Source of the DNA: Chloroflexota bacterium | GTDB lineage: Bacteria; Chloroflexota; Chloroflexia; Chloroflexales; Herpetosiphonaceae | Direction of reading: 5' to 3' | Length of the DNA: 64,000 nt | Assembly: GCA_020161265.1 (NCBI GenBank) | Contig: JAIUOC010000003.1 | Span: 235,024-299,023, forward strand | Shown: positions 57,962 through 64,000 of the stretch, one piece after another | Layout: each line of letters begins with the position of its first letter | Position numbering within the stretch: the stretch's first letter is position 1 | The notes under the pieces: model-generated | The model's database searches: none | The model's input: the letters and a program-made list of their open reading frames with translations, nothing else | Told to the model about the DNA's origin: nothing | Program-made: the position numbers and the translations under genes

Positions 57962-58852
57962 ATGAGCGATTATGTGAATCCTGAGGTCTTGGTGAGCACG
58001 GATTGGGTTGCCGAACATTTGAATGATCCTAATGTGCGCTTGGTTGAGTCGGATGAAGATATTTTATTGTATGAAATGGGTCATATCGCTAATGCAGTCA
58101 AAATCAATTGGCAAGATGATTTAAACGATCTCCAGATTCGCGATTATATTGATGGCGACGATTTTGCTGCGTTGCTGAGCCGCTTTGGTATTAGCAACGA
58201 CACGACGATCGTATTTTATGGCGATAAAAATAATTGGTGGGCTTGCTATGCCTATTGGGTTTTCCAATTGCTTGGTCACGAAAAGCTCAAAATTATGAAT
58301 GGTGGCCGCAAAAAATGGATCGACGAAGGCCGTGAATTGACCCGCGTTGTGCCAAGCTTCGAACCAACCAGCTATGTCGTGGGCGAGCCAAAGCCCGAAA
58401 TTCGCGCCTTCCGCGATGATGTTTTGGCCCATATTGGGCGGCCAAATCCGCGTCAAACCGCAATTGAATTGCCAGCTGGCCATAGCTTGGTCGATGTACG
58501 CTCGCCCGATGAATATACTGGCAAAAAATTGCATATGCCCGAATATCCCCAAGAAGGTGCTGTGCGCGGTGGCCATATTCCAGGTGCGGTTAATGTGCCT
58601 TGGGCCAAAGCCGTTAACGATGATGGCACGTTCAAAAGCGCCGATGAGATTCGCCAATTGTATGGCGATGTTGGGGTTACGCCCGAAAGCGATACGGTGG
58701 TGTATTGCCGGATTGGTGAACGCTCATCATTAACCTGGTTTGTGCTGCACGAATTGCTGGGCTACAAAAATGTGCGCAATTACGACGGCTCGTGGACTGA
58801 ATGGGGCAATGTGGTTGGCTTGCCAATTCATAATCCTACGACCAGCAAATAG
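57962..58852 (+). CDS. thiosulfate/3-mercaptopyruvate sulfurtransferase (two rhodanese domains)
   Basis: Active-site CRIGERS loop; RBS AAGGAG. Confidence 0.75.
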   Translation: MSDYVNPEVLVSTDWVAEHLNDPNVRLVESDEDILLYEMGHIANAVKINWQDDLNDLQIRDYIDGDDFAALLSRFGISNDTTIVFYGDKNNWWACYAYWVFQLLGHEKLKIMNGGRKKWIDEGRELTRVVPSFEPTSYVVGEPKPEIRAFRDDVLAHIGRPNPRQTAIELPAGHSLVDVRSPDEYTGKKLHMPEYPQEGAVRGGHIPGAVNVPWAKAVNDDGTFKSADEIRQLYGDVGVTPESDTVVYCRIGERSSLTWFVLHELLGYKNVRNYDGSWTEWGNVVGLPIHNPTTSK

Positions 58853-58928
58853 TTAATTACCTCGCCCAGCTACAAAACAAAAAGCCCCGCTCCCACATTG
58901 CGTGGAAGCGGGGTTGGGGTGAGGGAAA

Positions 58929-59813
58929 CTAGCTAAACAATGCACGATTGGCATTGAGATACTCGGCCAATGATTGAGCTGGCTTGCCAGTCAAGCGCTC
59001 AACGTCGTTGGTCACAAGATCCAACGCGCCTGAGCCGATCAAATCGTGGTCGATCGCAACGACGAAACCAGCGATTTGGGCGGGTAGACCAAATTGCTCA
59101 AGTTGTTGTTGAGCGCTAGCAGCATCAATTGGATAGTAGGCGACTTCGCGGCCTGCAAATTCGGCCACAGTTTCAGCGATTGCTTTGTGGGTCAGGCTCA
59201 CAGGGCCAGTGATGTTATAAACTTCCGAGGCGGTGTTATCGCTGACCAAGGCGGCAGCGGCGGCAGCGGCACAATCGGCGCGGGCAACTAAGCCAGCAGC
59301 GGCATCGCCAGCAGCGGCAGCGATTACGCCACCAGCTAAAGCGCCTTTGATTTTATCGGTAATCGTTTCAAAATAGAAGTTGTTGCGCAAGAAACTATAG
59401 CTCAAGCCGCTCGCCACAATTGCTTGTTCGGTCGCAGCGTGTTCACGAACGAACTCCATTGGGGCTTCGGCGGGATTGATTGCCGAGGTATAAACCAGAT
59501 GTTTCACGCCAGCCGCAGCGATTGCTTTGACCGCATCAGTTTGCAAGCGCACCCGTTCGCCACCAATTACATCGATACTGATCATCAAGACGCGCTCGAC
59601 TCCAGCCAAAGCAGCCGTCAGACCAGCGGGATCGCTGAAATCGCCAGCGACAACTTTAACCCCTTGGGCTGCGACATCGGCCAATTTGGCGGGATCACGG
59701 GTGATTGCCACAACTTGATTTGCTGCAACTTTTTCGAGCACTTGCTGCAAAACCAACCGCCCTAATTGCCCAGCCGCACCTGTGATCGCTACCAAACCTT
59801 GGGTATTTGCCAT
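58929..59813 (-). CDS. NmrA-like / SDR-family NAD(P)-binding oxidoreductase
   Basis: ITGAAGQLG Rossmann motif; start at MANTQGL with RBS. Confidence 0.6.
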   Translation of the reverse strand: MANTQGLVAITGAAGQLGRLVLQQVLEKVAANQVVAITRDPAKLADVAAQGVKVVAGDFSDPAGLTAALAGVERVLMISIDVIGGERVRLQTDAVKAIAAAGVKHLVYTSAINPAEAPMEFVREHAATEQAIVASGLSYSFLRNNFYFETITDKIKGALAGGVIAAAAGDAAAGLVARADCAAAAAAALVSDNTASEVYNITGPVSLTHKAIAETVAEFAGREVAYYPIDAASAQQQLEQFGLPAQIAGFVVAIDHDLIGSGALDLVTNDVERLTGKPAQSLAEYLNANRALFS

Positions 59814-59956
59814 GATTGAAAACCTCGCTAATGAATGTTTAGATCTAAACAACACTCGTTGTTTAATTGACATCTGTTGAATAGCATAAAGAAGCCATGG
59901 TATAGTGTCAACCAGCAAAAACCAAAATTTGTTGTTTAGGCAACAAAGGAGCTAAA

Positions 59957-60544
59957 ATGTTGGGAAACGCAGTTAAAATTGATCCGCGCACCAAGCGCAC
60001 CCGTAAATTAATTCTTGATGCCTTGATTCAGCTCTTGCGCACCCGTACCTTTGAGGAAGTCACAGTTAATGAGATTGCCGAAGCGGCGACGATCAATCGC
60101 GCAACGTTCTATGCCCATTTCAGCGATAAATATGCTTTGGTCGATGAACTGATTCGTGATGGCTTTATGCTGTATCTTGATCGGCGCATGCAGCATTATC
60201 CTGATACGCCAACCCGTTATATGCAAGCCTTGCTGTGGGCGATCGCCGACCATTGGGCGATGATCCATGGTCAATGTAATCAATATCATCGCTTTTTCGA
60301 TTCGTTGGCCGAAAATCAGATCAAACGCATGCTTGAGCAGCATATTCAAACTTGGCTTGATCATTATGGGCCGCTGCGCAACGTCCCATCCATGCAACGC
60401 CAATTATTAGCAACCATGCTGAGTTGGTCGGTCTATGCCTTGGCCGCCCGCTGGCTGTATAGCGACCGTTGCCAAAACCTCGAACACTTTATTAATGATA
60501 GCGTGCCCTTGCTGGTTGGCAGTATCGAAGCTTTGAAGGGATGA
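59957..60544 (+). CDS. TetR/AcrR-family transcriptional regulator
   Basis: N-terminal TetR HTH (FEEVTVNEIAEAATINRATFYAHF); divergent from oxidoreductase. Confidence 0.75.
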   Translation: MLGNAVKIDPRTKRTRKLILDALIQLLRTRTFEEVTVNEIAEAATINRATFYAHFSDKYALVDELIRDGFMLYLDRRMQHYPDTPTRYMQALLWAIADHWAMIHGQCNQYHRFFDSLAENQIKRMLEQHIQTWLDHYGPLRNVPSMQRQLLATMLSWSVYALAARWLYSDRCQNLEHFINDSVPLLVGSIEALKG

Positions 60545-60701
60545 AGGATGAGGGATGAGGGATGAAGAACCTAAAGATTGGAGATCATTATTTTTGACAC
60601 AGAGGCGCAGAGGATAAAGGCTGATGGCTTTGGGCTATCGGAAGGTTTTGTAGTATGTCAGTAATTCCCGATAGCCAATCGCCTATAGCCTTTCATCACA
60701 T

Positions 60702-60768
60702 CTTCGCGTCCTTCGTGATTTCCGTTCTTCGTGTCCTTTGTACCCTTTGTGGATCAAACCGAGAATTG
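60702..60768. repeat. third copy of CTTCGTG-rich repeat ending GTGGATCAAAC
   Basis: catcttcgcgtccttcgtgatttccgttcttcgtgtcctttgtaccctttgtggatcaaac. Confidence 0.4.
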
Positions 60769-60784
60769 ATAGTTGGAGGAAGTT

Positions 60785-61360
60785 ATGCGTTCGATGATTC
60801 GTAGCTTGGTAACTCAAATTGCCCCCTTGGATTTACGCGAGCAGGCCGATTGCAACGAAACCTTGGCATGGATCGATAGCGATGCACCCTTATTTCGCAC
60901 GGCCAAGCCAGCAACCCCGCCAATGCATTTAGTTTCCTACATTGTGGTCTATGATCCGGCGACAGCCCAGATTTTATTGGTCGATCATCGCAATGCTCAA
61001 TTGTGGTTGCCGTGTGGTGGCCATGTTGAGCCAGATGAACATCCTGCAATCACCGTGATTCGTGAGATTGAAGAAGAATTGGGCATTCAAGCTGAGTTTT
61101 ATTGGCAAGATCCCTGCTTCATCACCGTAACCGAAACAGTTGGGCTAACGGCGGGCCATATTGACGTTTCGCTGTGGTATGTGGTGCAAGCTGATTCGCA
61201 ACAACCATTGGCCTACGATCAAGCTGAATTTAGCCAAATTCGCTGGTTTGCGCTGGATCAACTGCCGTTAGAACGCAGCGATCCACAGCTTGGGCGCTTT
61301 ATTGGCAAGTTTCAACGGCTGCTCAAACGCGAAGCTCCACGACTATTGGCGGTGCGTTAA
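60785..61360 (+). CDS. NUDIX hydrolase
   Basis: Nudix box GGHVEPDEHPAITVIREIEEELGI. Confidence 0.7.
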   Translation: MRSMIRSLVTQIAPLDLREQADCNETLAWIDSDAPLFRTAKPATPPMHLVSYIVVYDPATAQILLVDHRNAQLWLPCGGHVEPDEHPAITVIREIEEELGIQAEFYWQDPCFITVTETVGLTAGHIDVSLWYVVQADSQQPLAYDQAEFSQIRWFALDQLPLERSDPQLGRFIGKFQRLLKREAPRLLAVR

Positions 61361-61465
61361 CATTTCGTTTAAGCAGCTTTTAAGGCATTCAAAGCCCTAA
61401 AGCTGCGTGGTATAATCTAGCGATGCAGCCGTGCTGCCGATATTCAGACACCACGAGGTACCACA

Positions 61466-64000
61466 TGTTTAAATGGCTTGGGAAACTACTGGGCGACCCC
61501 AACGCTAAGGTTGTGAAGAAAATGCAGCCAACCTTAGATGAAATTAATGCCCTTGAGCCGACAATCAAGGCTCTTAGCGATGAACAACTCCGTGAAAAAA
61601 CGGCTGAATTACGCACACGGTTCGCAGAGCTAACCAAAGCGGATCGTGAAGCGCTCGACGACCGCTACGCCGACGAAAATCGCCACGATTCCACCGTCGA
61701 AAAAGACTATCAAAAAGAATTACGGGTGATCGAAGATGCAGCGCTTGATGAATTATTGCCCGAAGCCTTTGCTTTGGTGCGCGAAGCCTCAAGCCGCGTG
61801 ATCGGTCAACGTCATTACGATGTCCAGATGATCGGCGGGATTGTGCTGCACGAAGGCCGCATCGCCGAAATGAAGACCGGCGAAGGGAAGACCTTGGTGG
61901 CTTCCTTGCCTTTGTTCCTCAATGCTATTCCTGGTCGTGGCGCACACTTGATTACCGTCAACGACTACCTCGCCAAAGTTGGTGGTGGCTGGATGGGGCC
62001 AATCTTCCATAGCCTTGGCATGAGCACGGGCTATATCGCCCACGATTATTCAGCGATTTACGATCCCAATTATATCGACCCCAACGCTAAACAAGATGAT
62101 AGCCGTTTGGTGCACTGGCGGCCTTGCTCGCGCCGCGAAGCTTACATGGCCGATATGACCTACGGGACGAATAACGAATATGGCTTCGATTATCTACGCG
62201 ATAACATGGTGCAGCACAAAGATCAATGTGTGCAGCGCGAATTGCACTATGCGATTGTTGACGAAGTAGATAATATTTTGATCGACGAAGCCCGTACTCC
62301 CTTGATTATCTCTGGCCCAGCCCAAGAATCCAGCGATAACTATCGCCGTTTTTCTTCATTGGTGCGTGGCCTCAAGCGCTCCAGCATTTCGCCCGATGAA
62401 GTGCGTAAGGGTTTGAAAGATGATTTTGATGGCGATTACTGGATCGACGAAAAATCGCGCTCAATTACCTTGACCGAATCGGGCTTAGAGGTGATGGAAA
62501 AGCGGCTCAATTTGCCTGATGGCGAAAATATGTACGATGCCAAGAACTTCGAATTAACTCACTATTTGGAAAACGCCCTCAAGGCCGAATATGTTTTCCA
62601 TCGTGATGTTGATTATGTGGTGCAAAATGGCGAAGTTGTGATCGTCGATGAATTTACAGGTCGGACGATGCCAGGTCGGCGTTGGTCGGATGGCTTGCAC
62701 CAAGCGGTTGAAGCTAAAGAATCGGTCGAAGTGCGACGCGAAAACGTCACCTTGGCCACGATTACCTTCCAAAATTACTTCCGAATGTACAACAAACTTG
62801 GTGGTATGACTGGTACAGCAATCACCGAAGCTGAAGAATTTAGCAAAATCTACAATTTGGAAGTCGTGATTATCCCAACCAACCGCCAAGTCGTGCGCGA
62901 AGATTATCGCGACCATATTTATGCTTCGCAAAAAGCCAAATATAACGCCGTGTTGCGTGAAATCAAAGAGATGCACGAAGTTGGCCGCCCAGTCTTGGTC
63001 GGTACAACCTCGGTCGAAAGCTCGGAAATTGTCAGCAATTTGCTGAAGCAAGAGGGGCTTGAACACTATCTCTTGAATGCTAAGCAACACGAACGTGAAG
63101 CGTATATCGTGGCCCAAGCTGGCCGTACTGGCGCAATCACGATTGCAACCAACATGGCTGGTCGGGGAACCGACATTTTGCTTGGTGGCAACCCCGATGG
63201 CTTAATTGAGGAACATCTCAAAGCCCTCGGCACTACCATTGCCGATGCAACGCCTGAGCAACTGGCCCAAGCCCAAGCCCAAGCGAAAGCCGATGTCGAG
63301 GCCGAACGTAAAGCTGTGATGGAAGCTGGTGGCTTACACATCATCGGCACTGAGCGCCACGAAGCTCGCCGGATCGATAACCAACTCCGTGGTCGGGCTG
63401 GCCGTCAAGGCGACCCTGGTTCATCGCGCTTCTTCATTTCGCTTGAAGATGAGTTGATGACACGCTTCGGACGGATCGATACGATCAAGCGCTTGATGGA
63501 GCGTATGTCTGATGGCGATGAAGAATTGCCACTCGAATCGGGCTTGCTCGATAAAGCGATCGAAAGTGCCCAAACCCGGGTCGAAGGCTATAACTTCGAT
63601 GTGCGGAAGCATGTGGTCGAATACGACGACGTGGTTAACAAGCAGCGCGAAGTGATTTACGCCGACCGCCATGCCATTCTCGGCGGTGAAGATATGGGCG
63701 ACCGCATTCTTGAGATGGTCGTTGACGAAATCGACATCCATGTCGAAGAATTTCTTGATAATCGTGAGCTAGACAAGCCTGATCTCGAAGGCTTCTTGCG
63801 TCAGTTATATTCGATTGTGCCCCAACTCAAAGCCCAAGAAACTGAATTGGCAGCCCGCTTCAAAGGCAAACAAGCCGATGAAATTGGCGAAATCGCTACC
63901 GAAGTGGTTGAAGAAGCCTACAATCGGCTCGGTGAAGAGTTGGCAACTCAATACACGACCTTATTGCAACGTGGAGTCCAGCCAATTCCTGGGGTCAGTG
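61466..64000 (+). CDS. secA: preprotein translocase ATPase SecA, 5' partial (continues beyond window end)
   Basis: Manual translation [15 protein letters not shown]..., Walker [13 protein letters not shown]; absent from ORF track because no stop in window. Confidence 0.9.

Noticed and set aside
60541-60575. GGATGAR heptamer x4 tandem repeat at the 3' end of the TetR gene
   Set aside because: Very short. It overlaps the stop codon region (encoding ...KG*) and is probably a trivial microsatellite or terminator-adjacent sequence, with no evidence of function.

Overview
The window looks like a moderate-GC (about 50%) bacterial chromosome, plausibly Chloroflexi/Herpetosiphon-like, though that cannot be verified from sequence alone. 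It has three parts, plus one caveat about the ORF track.

**(1) Left host region, 1-11.9 kb, mostly minus strand.**
- A large exported protein runs off the window start.
- Four tandem paralogous small membrane proteins, each beginning 'MQQxxIACG'.
- A PQQ-dependent sugar dehydrogenase lipoprotein carrying the NYGWP-type motif.
- A 1056-aa ExeM/NucH-type extracellular nuclease (lamin-tail + EEP + DUF11 domains).
- A membrane-anchored beta-helix protein with a Pro/Thr-rich linker, a GNAT acetyltransferase, and a tRNA-Leu(GAG)/tRNA-Val(UAC)/tRNA-Phe(GAA) cluster.

**(2) An integrated element of about 36.7 kb (about 11.94-48.54 kb).** It sits directly after tRNA-Phe and is bounded by perfect 103-bp direct repeats: the 3' end of tRNA-Val plus the whole tRNA-Phe is duplicated at 48.54-48.64 kb, next to a tyrosine integrase.
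- It has a siphovirus-like set: an XRE repressor with a divergent promoter region, chained small zinc-finger ORFs, a second tyrosine recombinase, two holin-like proteins plus an amidase endolysin, TerS/TerL, portal, scaffold, capsid, connector, tail genes, a tail chaperone with a candidate -1 frameshift site, a 1138-aa tape measure and distal tail proteins.
- It also has a plasmid/ICE-like module on the minus strand: a replication-relaxation-like wHTH protein, an FtsK/SpoIIIE-like ATPase, a ParM actin-like ATPase, a DnaG-type primase and a DUF3987-like protein.
- Two conspicuously AT-rich cargo cassettes are present. One (16.5-18.0 kb) encodes a SEC-C-motif protein plus an Asn/Lys-rich protein. 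The other (35.5-39.1 kb) encodes a DNA methyltransferase fused to an Mrr-like nuclease domain, an AlbA_2/Schlafen-like protein and a Lys-rich ORF. Both are candidate novel defence modules.

**(3) Right host region, 48.6-64 kb.**
- A secreted protein, then the SufR regulator and a suf operon sufC-sufD-[inserted GxxExxY gene flanked by CTTCGTG-rich repeats]-sufS-sufU-sufB.
- A Rieske ferredoxin, a two-domain rhodanese, a divergent NmrA-like oxidoreductase/TetR pair, a NUDIX hydrolase, and the 5' part of secA.

**Caveat.** The ORF track omits ORFs that run off the window edges, so the first gene and secA were called by manual translation.
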